From an uncultured Chloroflexia bacterium (GTDB lineage Bacteria; Chloroflexota; Chloroflexia; Thermomicrobiales; UBA6265), in the NCBI GenBank assembly GCA_963724295.1, contig CAVRUC010000003.1:32001-96000 (forward strand): DNA of 64,000 bases, written 5' to 3'. The notes beneath the pieces are model-generated. The model worked only from the letters and a program-made list of their open reading frames with translations. It was not told the DNA's origin and searched no databases. The position numbers and the translations under genes were made by a program. Below, piece after piece: positions 28,155 to 40,816 of this stretch. Every line of letters begins with the position of its first letter. Positions within the stretch are counted from its first letter, which is position 1.

Positions 28155-29189
28155 TCACTCCTCGCCCGTTTCCTCGACTCCGTCGACGTCGTACGGCGGG
28201 AAGCGGAAGGTCATGCCACGGTCCAGAAGACCGCCGAACCCAAGACCGGCCAGTGTGTCGGCCTCCACCCGCTCTCCCGTCATGATCCAGGGCAGCACGA
28301 CGTCGGCTATCGTCGCTTTCGAGAACATCGAGCACGACGCCAGATTGAAGATCGGCAACCTGTCCCGGTAGGCCAGCCAGAACATGCTTCCCGGGTGTGC
28401 GGGAGCCCCGAAACGGACGATCTCCGCGCCGGCGACGTCGAGTGCGCGCAGTGTGGGATCGAGAGGATCGATCGTGTTTCCACCGGCGGCCAGCACCAGA
28501 TCGACCCCTTCCCCCTCGAGGCGCTCGATCTCGGCAGCGATGAGCTCGGCATCCCGTGGCAAGTCGCTGAACCCGATGACGGAGCCTCCGTACCAACCGA
28601 TCTTCTGCTCGACTGATGCGTGGAACTTGTCTCGTACCCGCCAGTCCGGACCCTCCGTGCTGATCACTCCCACTCGCAGCGGCTGGAACGGCACGACCTG
28701 CACCACCGCGCACTCCGCGGCGATTGCCTCGGCCTCGAGCAGCGTCGCTTCCGCCACCGCCACCGGAGTCACTTTGACCCCGGTGACGATCTTGCCGGGG
28801 ACGACCGGGATCCTGTCCTCGAGCGTAAAGATGGCCACCCCGGGCAAGCGGTTGAGTCGCAACAACGCAGCGGCATCGACGCGTAGCAGACCCTTCGTGC
28901 TCGCTACGAGGTTGTAGCGACTGAACGACGGGCCGCGGATCGTGAGACCCGGTCCGGCGACGGCCGACGCCAGGCGCGCGCCGGCCTCATCCTCGTGCAC
29001 GTCACCAGATTCGAGAACGACGGCGTGGACCGCACGGTCGAGTTCGGCGAGCAACGGCACATCGTCTCCGCTCACCCGGTGTCCCTTGCGGATGCGCTTG
29101 TCGCCGATCCTGACATCCTCGGTGATGACCAGGCTGGATGTCTCAGGATCGGGCACCAGATGACCGGGTTGAATCGTGATCGCGCGCAC
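28155..29189 (-). CDS. Molybdopterin-binding (MoeA/MogA-like) domain protein
   Basis: RKG...GDVHEDEA, GLLRVD, FGAPAHPGSMFWLA and SCS...D.VLPWIMTG, resembling the domain fused to MocA-type cytidylyltransferases. Confidence 0.65.
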   Translation of the reverse strand: MRAITIQPGHLVPDPETSSLVITEDVRIGDKRIRKGHRVSGDDVPLLAELDRAVHAVVLESGDVHEDEAGARLASAVAGPGLTIRGPSFSRYNLVASTKGLLRVDAAALLRLNRLPGVAIFTLEDRIPVVPGKIVTGVKVTPVAVAEATLLEAEAIAAECAVVQVVPFQPLRVGVISTEGPDWRVRDKFHASVEQKIGWYGGSVIGFSDLPRDAELIAAEIERLEGEGVDLVLAAGGNTIDPLDPTLRALDVAGAEIVRFGAPAHPGSMFWLAYRDRLPIFNLASCSMFSKATIADVVLPWIMTGERVEADTLAGLGFGGLLDRGMTFRFPPYDVDGVEETGEE

Positions 29190-29215
29190 CGGATCTGTCT
29201 CTCCTACTCAAGGTT

Positions 29216-29842
29216 CTAACCGACGAGCCGCCGCACTTCATCAGCCAGTGCTTCGCCGAGCTTGCGATGTTCATCCGCATCGAAATGGATGCCGTCTTTC
29301 TCGCTGGAGACGATCACCGACCCGGCGTCGAAAAACGGCAGATGAAGCCATCCCGCGGCCAACCGGTAGTAGTGCGAGAACTGCCGCGATTTTTCACGCG
29401 CTCCGTCAAACATCTGATCGAACTCGGTCAAGGTGGTTACCGCCGGTGGCGCAACGAGAAGGACCTCGGCGTGTGACCCATCGGGCCCGTGCGCGAACCG
29501 CCACGCCATGGCGGCCAGCGCGGCCGCGCTCTGGGCGATGTCCGACGCGCTGAGATCGAACCGGCGTTTGAGGTCGTTCGTTCCCAGCATGATGACGATC
29601 AGGTCCAGTGGTTGGTGTGAGTCGATGCACGGACGCAAGGAGGCCAAGCCGTTGCGGCCGAGCTCGATCGGATCGTCCCAGCGCGTCGTACGGCCGTTGA
29701 GCCCCTCCTCGACGACGCGATACTCCCCACCCAGCCGGGCCGCCAGGACACCGGTCCACCGCACGTGCGGTGGATACCGCGCCCTGGTCGCCGGGTCGTA
29801 CCCCCACGTATTCGAGTCGCCGTAGCAGAGCACCGTCTTCAT
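29216..29842 (-). CDS. SGNH/GDSL hydrolase
   Basis: YGDSNTWG, EEGLNGRTT, MLGTND and DGIH. Confidence 0.92.
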   Translation of the reverse strand: MKTVLCYGDSNTWGYDPATRARYPPHVRWTGVLAARLGGEYRVVEEGLNGRTTRWDDPIELGRNGLASLRPCIDSHQPLDLIVIMLGTNDLKRRFDLSASDIAQSAAALAAMAWRFAHGPDGSHAEVLLVAPPAVTTLTEFDQMFDGAREKSRQFSHYYRLAAGWLHLPFFDAGSVIVSSEKDGIHFDADEHRKLGEALADEVRRLVG

Positions 29843-29882
29843 GCGCCCTCGTTCTGACACGTGTTTGCGCTCGGTGAAAGCG

Positions 29883-31266
29883 CTACAGGTCTCCTGGGCG
29901 CTCGGCCAGCGGAACCTCGACGCGCATCGAGTTGAACCCCCGTTGCACCGTCAGTTGAACCGTATCCCCAGGCCTGTATTGGAACAGCGCTCCGACCATT
30001 GACTGCCGCTCGCCGACCCGCTCCAGCTCGATCGCGGTCACGATGTCGCCGACTTGCAGCCCCGCCGCGTCCGATGGGCTGCCCGGGACAACCCCCTGCA
30101 CGTAGAACCCCTCTGCCACCGGAAGCGCCCACTGGGCGATGATCGTGTCGTTCAGCGGTAGAAGTTCCAGACCGAGGTAGGGATAGTCGACCGCTCCTTC
30201 AGCGATCAGCTCCTCGGCCACACGCGTCACGGTTTGCGCCGGCACCGCAAAGAAAAGTCCCTGCGCGTCTACGATACCGAGGGTGTTGATGCCCACGACT
30301 TCGCCGGCCAGCGTGACCAGCGGTCCGCCGGAATTGCCCGGGATTGATGGCCGCATCGTGCTGGATCAAGTTCAACAGCTCCGGACCGCCGGTATCGTCG
30401 GGGACCGTCCTGCCGAGCGCTGAGACGATGCCTTCGGTGACGGTGTTCGTGAAGGTCCCCAGCGGAGAACCGATGGCCAGCACGGACTGTCCGGGAAGGA
30501 GACTGTCCGAATCGCCAATGCGCGCCACGGCAGGCACCGGCGGATCGACTTTCAGGACCGCCACGTCGCTATTCGCATCCGCGCCGATGAGCGTGGCGGG
30601 CAACTCCCGGCCATCCTCGAGAACGACGAGAAACTCGACCCCGCCCTCTACGACGTGCTGGTTGGTGACCACGTGCCCATCGTCGTCGAGAATGAAGCCG
30701 CTCCCGGAGCCCGTGGGTGCCGCGTCCGTCTCGCCCTCGGCGATCTGCTCGTTGATGACGGTCACCACGGCGGGTCCGATCTGCTCGACCACTTGGGTTG
30801 GCGTCAACTCGGCCGATGCCACGACGGCAGTTTTAGGTTCAGGCAACGCTTTTGGCGGAGGCGGCATCGACTCCGCGGGCGGTACGATAGACGGTTCCCC
30901 GGTGCAGAGAGCGTAGGCAATGAGTGGTCCGGCGTCGCCGGCGATGGTGTTCGGCACCGCGGTCCAGCCGAACTGAACCATATTGCCATTACGGTCGAGC
31001 CGGACCGTCGGGCGAGAGGAGGACACGAACACCACCGGCGGCTCTGCCGGCGCCTCCTCGGTTGTGGTCTCGGGAGGAGCAGGCGGCTCCACCCCTTGCA
31101 GCTCGTATCCGCCGCTGAGCAACGCCTGCCCCGGCTCGCACCAGGCCGTCATCGGTCCTGTGGACAGCGATTGCCCGAAGGCCGCTCCCTCCTGCGCCAG
31201 CGCGGGAGTGACCGTAAGCGCCGGCACCATCACTACGCCGGCGAGGAGTCGATTCACGAAACGCAT
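29883..31266 (-). CDS. HtrA-like serine protease with PDZ domain and an extra N-terminal Cys domain (apparent extra base at 30337-30339)
   Basis: Signal peptide, GSGSGF, VTNQHVV, SDVAVLK and QHDAAINPG|NSGGPL split across frames. PDZ motif GSPSDAAGLQVGD. Confidence 0.85.
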
Positions 31267-31442
31267 CCAGTTTCCTCCGCAAGGATCCAAATCGCGGGCC
31301 GCTCTAAAGGATGCACTGTCAGGACACGTTCGTGCTGCTCGCTGTTGGCGAAGGACCCGACCAGCCCGCGGTACGAATGGCCGGATCGACCATGCTCGCA
31401 TCTATTTCGAAGTCAGCGCTCGCCCCGAAGGAGCCATGAAGC

Positions 31443-31473
31443 ACGGAGGCCGGGTAAGAAACCCGGCCTCCGT
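31443..31473 (-). terminator. Stem-loop downstream of clpX
   Basis: acggaggccgggt-aagaa-acccggcctccgt (13-bp stem). Confidence 0.6.
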
Positions 31474-31500
31474 CTCACTGTTACCCTGCGGCGCCTGAAA

Positions 31501-32790
<1,290 letters not shown>

Positions 32791-32875
32791 AGTCATTGCC
32801 GCATCGATGCTCGCGAGGACGGCGCCTCCGGATCATGCGCCAGCGGCGCGCCGCTGGCAAGAGGGAACTTCCCTC

Positions 32876-33535
32876 TTAACCCTTGCCGCGTCCGTTTTCT
32901 GATGGTTCCACGAGGTTCGTCACGCCCGCCAGGACCTTGGATGGCTCCAGCACTTCGTCGACGAGCCCGTACTCCTTGGCCTCCTCGGCGGTCATGTAGT
33001 AGTCGCGCTCGGTATCGTGCTTGACCTTCTCGTACGCCTGCCCGGTGTGCTGCGCCAGGATCTCGGTCAGCTTGGTCGTCAGCGACAGGGTCTCTCGCGC
33101 GACGACCTCGATGTCGGGGACCGCGCCGCGGAATCCAGCCGAGCCCTGATGGATCATCACCCGCGCGTTCGGCAACGCAAACCGCTTGCCCTTGGCGCCT
33201 CCAGCCAGGAGCACCGCCGCCATGCTGGCGCTCATGCCCATCGTAAAGGTGGCCACATCCGGCTTGATCATCTGCATGGTGTCGTAGATGGCCAGACCGG
33301 AGTAGACCACGCCACCCGGTGAATTGATGTAGAGCTTGATGTCCTGGTCCGGATCCTCATGCGCCAGAAACAGCATCTGGGCGATGATCAGGTTGGCGAT
33401 CTGGTCGTCGACCGGGGTGCCCAGGAAGATGATGCGGTCCTTCAGCAACCGCGAGTAGATGTCGAAGGCACGCTCGCCCCGGTTCGTGCTTTCGACGACC
33501 ATCGGGATGAGATTTTCAACTGATGGGATGTACAT
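32876..33535 (-). CDS. clpP: ATP-dependent Clp protease proteolytic subunit
   Basis: [31 protein letters not shown] and EAKEYGLVD. Confidence 0.97.
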   Translation of the reverse strand: MYIPSVENLIPMVVESTNRGERAFDIYSRLLKDRIIFLGTPVDDQIANLIIAQMLFLAHEDPDQDIKLYINSPGGVVYSGLAIYDTMQMIKPDVATFTMGMSASMAAVLLAGGAKGKRFALPNARVMIHQGSAGFRGAVPDIEVVARETLSLTTKLTEILAQHTGQAYEKVKHDTERDYYMTAEEAKEYGLVDEVLEPSKVLAGVTNLVEPSENGRGKG

Positions 33536-33789
33536 GTGGTCGGGTTCCTCTTCTCGTCGCGCCCGCATCACCTGGCCGAACCGACGCGGCGGCGACGTGC
33601 GGGGTGAGCTCAATACTGTGCGGGCATTCTACTGTCAGTGGCCGGCTTGGCGGTAGGCACGGAACCGGGAAGTTCGTCCTGATTGGACGCTTCGACGGAA
33701 ACGCCGCCTTCAATCCAACACCGGTATAGTTATGTCACGATCAGGGGCGCCTCGTCCAGCCCCCGGCTGAGCCGCCGGCGATCCACTAC

Positions 33790-35277
33790 TCACGCGTCCT
33801 CGCGCTTGGTGGCCTCCTCATCCGCACTTCCGTCCGCATCAGCCTCAGGCACATCGTCATCCGCGGCCACCATCTCCTCGCCCGCGGGGGACGACTCGGA
33901 TTGATCGGGCACCGGAGCCGTCCACGCGTTGACGACCGCACCCTGTCCCCCGGTCGCGATCTCCACGAGGCGATCGGTCAATTGCCGCTCGAACAGCTCG
34001 GACTGCAGCATGCCGCGCACGTAATCGCTGCGGGCGAACGCTTCGGCTTGTTGCGGTTGTTCAGAGGTCTGGGCCGCGACTGATATGCGCTCGACCGCCG
34101 CGTCGACGTCGTCGTCACCGACCGCGATCCCTTCCCGCTCAGCGATGGTGCGCAGCAGCAGCGAGTTCCGCAGCCGCTCTTCAGCCGCCGGACGCATCTC
34201 GTCCCGCAGCGCGTCTTCAGTTTGGCCGACGGCTCGCAGGTAGGCTTCCAGTGGGACGCCCTGTTGTGCCAACCGGCCACGGAGACGGCGCAGGTCGTCC
34301 TCGACCGCGCGATCGATCATCGGCTCGGGAAGATCGATCGTGGCGCCCTCCGCCATCTTCGCGATGATCTGGGCCAGTGCCTCGCGATGCGCCTCTGCCG
34401 TTCGCGTCTGGTGCAGCTCCTCGCGCAGCTTGCTCCGCAGCTCGTCGAGTGTGTCGACGTCGCCGACGGTCTTGGCGAAATCATCATCCAGCGGCAGCAG
34501 GTCTCGCTCCTTGAGACCCTTGAGCGTGACCGAGTAGCTCAGGGTCTTGCCGCGCAACGATTCGTCGATACTCTCGTCGTCCTCCGCGAACGGCACCGAG
34601 AACCCGGTGGTCTCCCCGACCCGCAGTCCCCTGATGGCATCCTCGATCGGCTCCAGAAGTCCACTCTCGCCCAGGACGAAGACCGCATCCACGACCGGTT
34701 CTTCGACGTTCGTCCCTTCCTCCTGGACGGTGTAATCGATGGTGACCTGGTCGCCATCGCGGGGAAGCCGACTCTTCGGGGTCAGCTCGAGACCCGCGCC
34801 TACCTGCAAGCCTTCACCCTGTGGGTCAATCCAGGGACTATGCGACTTGCGCAGGGCTTCGATCAATTCGTCGACCGCGGCTTCGTCCACAGCAGCGTCG
34901 ACGGGGTCGACGCGAACGTCCTGGTAGGCGCCGGGATCGATCTCCGGGTAGACCGGAACGACGACCGTGAACGACAGCGGTTCGTTCGAGCTGATGTCGA
35001 CGCTCGGATCTCCAACCGGGACCAGATCTTCACGTTCGAGCGCCTGCCGGTAGAGATCGGACATCAGGAAGCGGTTGGCTTCCTCCAGGAAGACCTCCGG
35101 TCCGTACATCTGCTCGATCATCGCCTTCGGCGCTTTTCCCTTGCGGAAGCCCGGCAGCGTGATCTGGTTGCCAACCTTGCGCACCGCTCGGCGCATCGCT
35201 TCGGCTGACTCCTCTTCCTCAGCGGTAATCTCGAGCTGCACGCGGCTCTCGGGCAGCCGCTCCATCGTCAACTTCAC
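33790..35277 (-). CDS. tig: Trigger factor
   Basis: PGFRKGKAP ribosome-binding signature, FKBP-like domain and tig-clpP-clpX order. GTG start after an AGGGG RBS. Confidence 0.95.
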   Translation of the reverse strand: MKLTMERLPESRVQLEITAEEEESAEAMRRAVRKVGNQITLPGFRKGKAPKAMIEQMYGPEVFLEEANRFLMSDLYRQALEREDLVPVGDPSVDISSNEPLSFTVVVPVYPEIDPGAYQDVRVDPVDAAVDEAAVDELIEALRKSHSPWIDPQGEGLQVGAGLELTPKSRLPRDGDQVTIDYTVQEEGTNVEEPVVDAVFVLGESGLLEPIEDAIRGLRVGETTGFSVPFAEDDESIDESLRGKTLSYSVTLKGLKERDLLPLDDDFAKTVGDVDTLDELRSKLREELHQTRTAEAHREALAQIIAKMAEGATIDLPEPMIDRAVEDDLRRLRGRLAQQGVPLEAYLRAVGQTEDALRDEMRPAAEERLRNSLLLRTIAEREGIAVGDDDVDAAVERISVAAQTSEQPQQAEAFARSDYVRGMLQSELFERQLTDRLVEIATGGQGAVVNAWTAPVPDQSESSPAGEEMVAADDDVPEADADGSADEEATKREDA

Positions 35278-35971
35278 GCGTGCGCGTCCCCTATCAGTTG
35301 CACCGGGCGGATCGTCAAATCGACGAGTCGGCACAAGTGGATCGACCAAATGCCAGCGGGCCGCCGGAGACGGCGGCCTCGATGCGCCGGAAACTGGCCG
35401 GTGGTTTGCCAACCGGTGAGTATAGCAGACGGTACTCGGGTCCCAATTCCGACCAGTGAACCCCTGGCGCCACCGCTGAGCGGCCAGCACGATCCACGCC
35501 GCGTGTCGACCGGCTGTCACCAGATTCATCCCGAGCCTTGGCGGTACCGCTCTCCCTGCCGGGGAGATCGTAGGGTCCGTGCGATTTCCCAGCGGGCGGT
35601 ACCGTGGCACTGTGCCTCGAGAACACAAAATGTCTGCCTACGGGGCATAGAATCCTCATATTGTGTCTTCTTGTCACATGATTGCAGGGCTTTCGTTCCC
35701 GTTGTAATGTGCTTGCCAAGCAAAGTGTGGACTTGGCGACCGTATCGCCTGTCCCATTCCCCGCGCCGCTCCCCGCACTCAAAACTCGCGCGACCGTCAC
35801 GGCTGTACAGCCAGTGAGGTCGGTCACGGTCTAGGCGATGTCGCTGTCGCCGCCGGGATCCCGATCACCAGAGTGGTGATCGGTCCCTTCGGGACGACAG
35901 CCACCCGCGCTGGACGGCCAGCAGGTGGCCTGGTCCGAAGCACGGGTTCGCATCGCAAGGGGGATTGGGAT

Positions 35972-37435
35972 ATGAGACGCGGTCGAGCTACCGCGCGCGC
36001 CAGGCGCAGGGCGCTGGCTGTCGCGCTCGCATTGGCGGTGGCGGGTGCAGCGGTGGCGCCGGTTGCTCCCGGTCCGGCAAACGTCGCGCGAGCCCAGGGA
36101 GGAACGGGAATCATTGCCCACAGCGCCGACGGTGTGCTGCTTCGGGCAGAACCTGACTTCGGGGCCAAAGTGCTTGCGACCGTGGCCGAGGGAACGGCTG
36201 TCGGCCTGCGCACCGACGTTGCCGACACGGTCTACGATCCTGACGGGGTCACCCAGTGGTGGCCGGTTAGTGCCGGAGACGACGATGGTTGGGTGGCAGG
36301 ATTCTATCTCGACATCGAGGGGTTCAGCGCCTCATCCGCGAGCGATCCCGCGGCGGATGCATCGATGGCGCCGGCACCAGGCGCGTCCCTCGGTGGCGAG
36401 GGCGCGGCGGAACCGGAAGAACAATTTCTTTCCACGTGGGATCTGGCAAACGCGGCCGCTCTGGTCGCCGAACCAGAGGGCGTCAATCTCCGACAAGACC
36501 CGGGCTCGAGTAGCCCGGCTGTCAAGTCGTTGTCCTACCAGACTGTCGTCGATCTGCGCGTCGACGAGGTCGACACGGTCTACGCCGAGGGGAGCCGCTG
36601 GTGGCCGGTGCAGATCGACGGTCTCGTTGGCTGGATTGCCGGTCAGTACTTGGCGCCGGCCGAGTCGACCTGGAGTGAGCCGGAGGTCGCCGCGGACGCG
36701 GCGGTTTCCGAAGCGCCGTCGAAGGTGGCCGACTGGTTCGAAGCCGGATCATATGTGCTCGCGGACACCGACGATGGGTCGGGTCTCAATATCCGCGCCG
36801 ATGGCGCCCCGGACGCCGAGCGAATCGGCATCGTGCCGGAGAATGACGTCGTCCAGGTCATGGACGGACCGTACAACGACCCCATCGGCAATCCCTGGTA
36901 CCTGATTACCGACGGCGAGATCACCGGCTTCGTCAGTGGCTGGTACCTCTCGCGCGCGGATCAGCCCGGCGAGGATCTCGCCCTGACCGATGTCCCTTCG
37001 AAGGTGACGATCCCCGGTCTGGCCTCGGGGACGTTCCAGTACCCGCTCGAGTCCTGGGTCTTCACGCAATCGTTCGGTTGCAGCCCCTTCGCGTTCGAAC
37101 CCTGGGATTCGACGATCGGTTGCAATTACCACAATGGCATTGACCTCGCCGCGAATTCCTATACGCCACTTCTGGCGGCAGACGGCGGAACGGTCGAGTA
37201 CTCGGGGTGGTGCGACTGCGGTCTCGGCTACTACGTCAAGATCGACCACGGCAACGGATTCAAGACGCTTTATGGGCATATGGCGGAGATGCCCTGGGTT
37301 TCAACTGGAGACGCGGTCGCCAAAGGCGATGTTATCGGCCCGGTTGGCAGTACCGGGGCATCGACCGGACCGCACGTCCACTTCATCGTCCAGGTGAACG
37401 GGATCGCCCAGGATCCACTGGCGTACCTTTCGTAG
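35972..37435 (+). CDS. Secreted M23 peptidase with three SH3b-like domains
   Basis: Signal peptide, three (N)LR...W..V....GW/FV repeats, HNGIDL, TLYGHM and STGPHVHF. Confidence 0.9.
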   Translation: MRRGRATARARRRALAVALALAVAGAAVAPVAPGPANVARAQGGTGIIAHSADGVLLRAEPDFGAKVLATVAEGTAVGLRTDVADTVYDPDGVTQWWPVSAGDDDGWVAGFYLDIEGFSASSASDPAADASMAPAPGASLGGEGAAEPEEQFLSTWDLANAAALVAEPEGVNLRQDPGSSSPAVKSLSYQTVVDLRVDEVDTVYAEGSRWWPVQIDGLVGWIAGQYLAPAESTWSEPEVAADAAVSEAPSKVADWFEAGSYVLADTDDGSGLNIRADGAPDAERIGIVPENDVVQVMDGPYNDPIGNPWYLITDGEITGFVSGWYLSRADQPGEDLALTDVPSKVTIPGLASGTFQYPLESWVFTQSFGCSPFAFEPWDSTIGCNYHNGIDLAANSYTPLLAADGGTVEYSGWCDCGLGYYVKIDHGNGFKTLYGHMAEMPWVSTGDAVAKGDVIGPVGSTGASTGPHVHFIVQVNGIAQDPLAYLS

Positions 37436-37451
37436 TCTTCTCGCTTGGCAG

Positions 37452-37490
37452 GCAAGCTGGGGCGGGGTCAGTGACCCCGCCCCAGCTTGC
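37452..37490 (+). terminator. Near-perfect palindrome after the M23 peptidase
   Basis: gcaagctggggcggggtca-g-tgaccccgccccagcttgc (19-bp arms). Confidence 0.6.
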
Positions 37491-37651
37491 GCCGCTGCGC
37501 GCTATACGGCGCGGCTGATGCGCTATGATGGCCGGGCTTTCCAGCACGCCAGGGGACGATCGGCACCGGCCCGATGGCGTGCGTCATCGCGAGCAAATGG
37601 CTGTGACGGGCTCGCTCTGCCTGATATCGCTTTCACTGTTCGGAGACGGTC

Positions 37652-39226
37652 ATGGATGCCGGGATCCAGGTCCACGGAGCGGTCGACTCGGAGCTCGAGG
37701 CGATCCTGAGCCCTGAGGCGCTGACCTTCGTCGCCGCCCTCCACCGCCGCTTCAGCGCGCCCCGCCGGGAAGTGCTGCGCGCTCGCGAGGAGTGCCAGGC
37801 CGCAATCGATACGGGCGGCGAGCTCGAGTTCCTGGCGGAGACACGATCCGTTCGGGATTCCCACTGGCAGGTTGCCTCGACGCCCGGGGACCTCCTCGAT
37901 CGCCGGGTCGAGATCACCGGCCCCTGCGATCGCAAGATGGTCATCAATGCCCTCAACTCGGGAGCCAAGGTGTTCATGGCCGATCTGGAGGACGCGTCGT
38001 CGCCGACCTGGAGTAACGTCGTCGACGGCCAGCGAAACCTCTACGACGCCGTGCGCCGCACGATCTCCTTCCAGAACCCGGACGGACGCGAGTACGCGCT
38101 GAATGATGAAACCGCAACACTCCTGGTCCGGCCCCGAGGCTGGCATCTCGACGAACGCCACGTGTCCATCGACGGCGAAACGGTATCCGGCAGCCTGTTC
38201 GATTTTGGTCTCTATTTTTTCCACAACGCCCAGGAGTTGATCGACCGCGGCTCAGGTCCATATTTTTACCTGCCCAAGCTGCAAAGCCATCGCGAGGCCC
38301 GGCTGTGGAACGACGTCTTCACCTATGCCCAGGATGCTCTCGGCATTCCCCGCGGCACGGTGCGGGCGACCGTGCTGATCGAAACGCTGCCTGCCGCCTT
38401 CGAGATGGATGAGATTCTCTACGAACTACGCGACCACGCCTCCGGTCTCAACGCCGGCCGCTGGGACTATATCTTCAGCGCCATCAAGACGTTCCGCGCA
38501 CGCAAGGGCGAGGCGTTGCCGGACCGGGCGCAGATCACGATGACCGTGCCGTTCATGCGCGCCTATAGCCAGCTCCTGGTCAAGACCTGCCACCGCCGAG
38601 GGGCGCACGCCATCGGGGGCATGGCGGCTTTCATCCCATCGCGGCGGGACGCCGCCGTCAACGAGACGGCGTTCGCCAAAGTGCGGGAGGACAAGGAGCG
38701 GGAGGCCGGCGACGGCTTCGACGGGACCTGGGTCGCCCACCCGGGACTCGTTCCGGTCGCCATCGAGATCTTCGACCGCGTACTCGGCGATCGTCCTCAC
38801 CAGAAGGAACGCCAGCGCGACGACGTCCAGGTCGCCGCGGCGCAGCTGATCGATTTCACGGTTCCCGGCGGTCAGATAACTGAGTCCGGAGTCCGCGCCA
38901 ACGTCAGCGTTGCCCTGCAATATCTCAATGCCTGGTTGCAAGGCACCGGCGCGGCGGCCATCAACAACCTGATGGAAGATGCCGCCACCGCAGAAATCTC
39001 CCGCGCTCAGCTCTGGCAATGGATCCATAACGGCGCGACCACCGAGGACGGCCAGCCGATCACGAGCGAGCGCTATACCCGAATTCGAGACGAGGAGCTT
39101 GCGAACCTTGGCGGCGCCGGGAGCGGCCGCTATCGGGATGCGGCCGAGATTCTCGACGGACTGGTGCTAGCCGAGGATTTCCCCCCGTTCCTCACGACCC
39201 CCGCCTACACGTACCTCGACGCGTGA
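37652..39226 (+). CDS. aceB: Malate synthase A
   Basis: [55 protein letters not shown] and [13 protein letters not shown]. Confidence 0.96.
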   Translation: MDAGIQVHGAVDSELEAILSPEALTFVAALHRRFSAPRREVLRAREECQAAIDTGGELEFLAETRSVRDSHWQVASTPGDLLDRRVEITGPCDRKMVINALNSGAKVFMADLEDASSPTWSNVVDGQRNLYDAVRRTISFQNPDGREYALNDETATLLVRPRGWHLDERHVSIDGETVSGSLFDFGLYFFHNAQELIDRGSGPYFYLPKLQSHREARLWNDVFTYAQDALGIPRGTVRATVLIETLPAAFEMDEILYELRDHASGLNAGRWDYIFSAIKTFRARKGEALPDRAQITMTVPFMRAYSQLLVKTCHRRGAHAIGGMAAFIPSRRDAAVNETAFAKVREDKEREAGDGFDGTWVAHPGLVPVAIEIFDRVLGDRPHQKERQRDDVQVAAAQLIDFTVPGGQITESGVRANVSVALQYLNAWLQGTGAAAINNLMEDAATAEISRAQLWQWIHNGATTEDGQPITSERYTRIRDEELANLGGAGSGRYRDAAEILDGLVLAEDFPPFLTTPAYTYLDA

Positions 39227-39227
39227 T

Positions 39228-40784
39228 ATGCACACGTCCAAGTCCGCCAGCGGCAACGATCTATCGACCTCCGACTTCCGACTTCCGACTCCCGACTCCG
39301 TATCGCACATGCGCGAGATTGAAGCCCTCGACCGCCAGACATTTGTCGAGCGGCTCGGATTCCTCTTCGAGGGCTCGCCCTGGATAGCGGCCGAGGCGTG
39401 GGACTCACGTCCCTGGCGCACCCGTGACGCACTCCACGCGGCATTGCTGGAGGTCGTGGCCCGGGCCAGCCAGGACCGCCAACTCGCCCTCATTCGGGCG
39501 CATCCCGACCTCGTGGGTCAAGCAGCGGTCGCCGGCACACTCACGCGGGAATCGACCGCGGAGCAACGCACCGCCGGTCTCGACCCGAATCGTCTCAGCG
39601 AAGAAGAGATCGTCTGGTTCCAGGAGGCCAACGCGAACTACCAGGCCAAATTCGGTTTCCCGTTCGTCATCTGCGCCAGGGACAACAAGAAGGACGCCGT
39701 CGCGACCGGTCTTGTCGAGCGACTGGGCAATGACCGCCGCACGGAAATCGAGACTGCCCTACACGAGATCGGGCGGATCGCCTGGCATCGCCTCAGCGAC
39801 GTCGTGGAGGATGACGTGACGATTCCTGGCGCAGAGACGAGCGGCGGAGACGCTCAGTACACGTTCGAGGTCTCCTACGGAAAGCATGGCGTCCCGGTCT
39901 ACCGCGTTTTCGCAACCCCACTCCGCGACGTGGCGCCCATTCCCGAGTCGTCGTTCACCGGCCGCGACAACAACCTGCTCGCCTGCGAAGTCGACGTCGA
40001 GGTCTTCGGCGACGAGTTTCTTCCTGCCTATACACACGGCGACAACACGATGCTCGTCGCTACCGACAGCATGAAGAACTTCATCATCCGGGAGTCCCTC
40101 ACCTACCCCGGCGCGACCCTGGAAGGTCTCCTCCATTTTCTGGGTGTCGGATTCGCGACCACCTATCCGCAAATGCACACGTTGACCCTGACCGGCAGGG
40201 AGATTCCGTTCTCCCCGGTGGTCATTCCGGATCGTGACGGCGGCCATTACCCTGGTGGGAACCTCTTCAGCCGCAGTCGGGGCGACCGCGCCTTCGCGTC
40301 AGTTTCGATCGACAAGCGCGGAGACGAGATCGCGGTCACCGACCACGATTGCGGTCTCTCCAGCATCGAACTGATGAAGCTGACCGGCAGCGCCTTCACC
40401 AGCTTCGTCCGCGATGATTACACGACCCTCCCGGAGCGCGGCGATCGTCCGCTGTACGTCACCATGGATCTTGGCTGGCGGTACGCCGATCCGCGGGACA
40501 TGCTCGATCTGACCAGGAGACGCTACATCCCCGTCGAGCAGATGCGTGACCTGATCGCGGCGACTTTCGACGATTTCGTGTCGGAGTCGATTCAGCATCT
40601 GCTGCACGAGATGGGACAACGCGCCTTCGAGCGCTTTCCGCAATTAGCCGCGCTACGCTTCGACGCGTTGAACCGCACCCGAGATCCCTACGGTCAGCGC
40701 CAGGATGATCCCCGGGTGAAGGTGTACAGCGATCCCTTCCCCGCCTACGGTCGGCTGACCTTCGCCATGCACCGCGGCGCTTAG
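39228..40784 (+). CDS. pucL: OHCU decarboxylase-uricase fusion (PucL-like)
   Basis: N-terminal FEGSPW, AHPDL, ESTAEQ and KFGFPFVIC (UraD). C-terminal [28 protein letters not shown] and PAYG (uricase). Start may be 39309. Confidence 0.9.
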   Translation: MHTSKSASGNDLSTSDFRLPTPDSVSHMREIEALDRQTFVERLGFLFEGSPWIAAEAWDSRPWRTRDALHAALLEVVARASQDRQLALIRAHPDLVGQAAVAGTLTRESTAEQRTAGLDPNRLSEEEIVWFQEANANYQAKFGFPFVICARDNKKDAVATGLVERLGNDRRTEIETALHEIGRIAWHRLSDVVEDDVTIPGAETSGGDAQYTFEVSYGKHGVPVYRVFATPLRDVAPIPESSFTGRDNNLLACEVDVEVFGDEFLPAYTHGDNTMLVATDSMKNFIIRESLTYPGATLEGLLHFLGVGFATTYPQMHTLTLTGREIPFSPVVIPDRDGGHYPGGNLFSRSRGDRAFASVSIDKRGDEIAVTDHDCGLSSIELMKLTGSAFTSFVRDDYTTLPERGDRPLYVTMDLGWRYADPRDMLDLTRRRYIPVEQMRDLIAATFDDFVSESIQHLLHEMGQRAFERFPQLAALRFDALNRTRDPYGQRQDDPRVKVYSDPFPAYGRLTFAMHRGA

Positions 40785-40816
40785 GCGACCGCGAGCCCAA
40801 TCAGGAGACCCTATCG

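Noticed and set aside
35538..35608. T-box riboswitch (TGGCGGTACCGC and GGGCGGTACCGTG resemble the T-box)
   Set aside because: No recognisable stem I or specifier loop, and no aaRS or amino-acid gene downstream. The two strings are better explained as arms of one stem.
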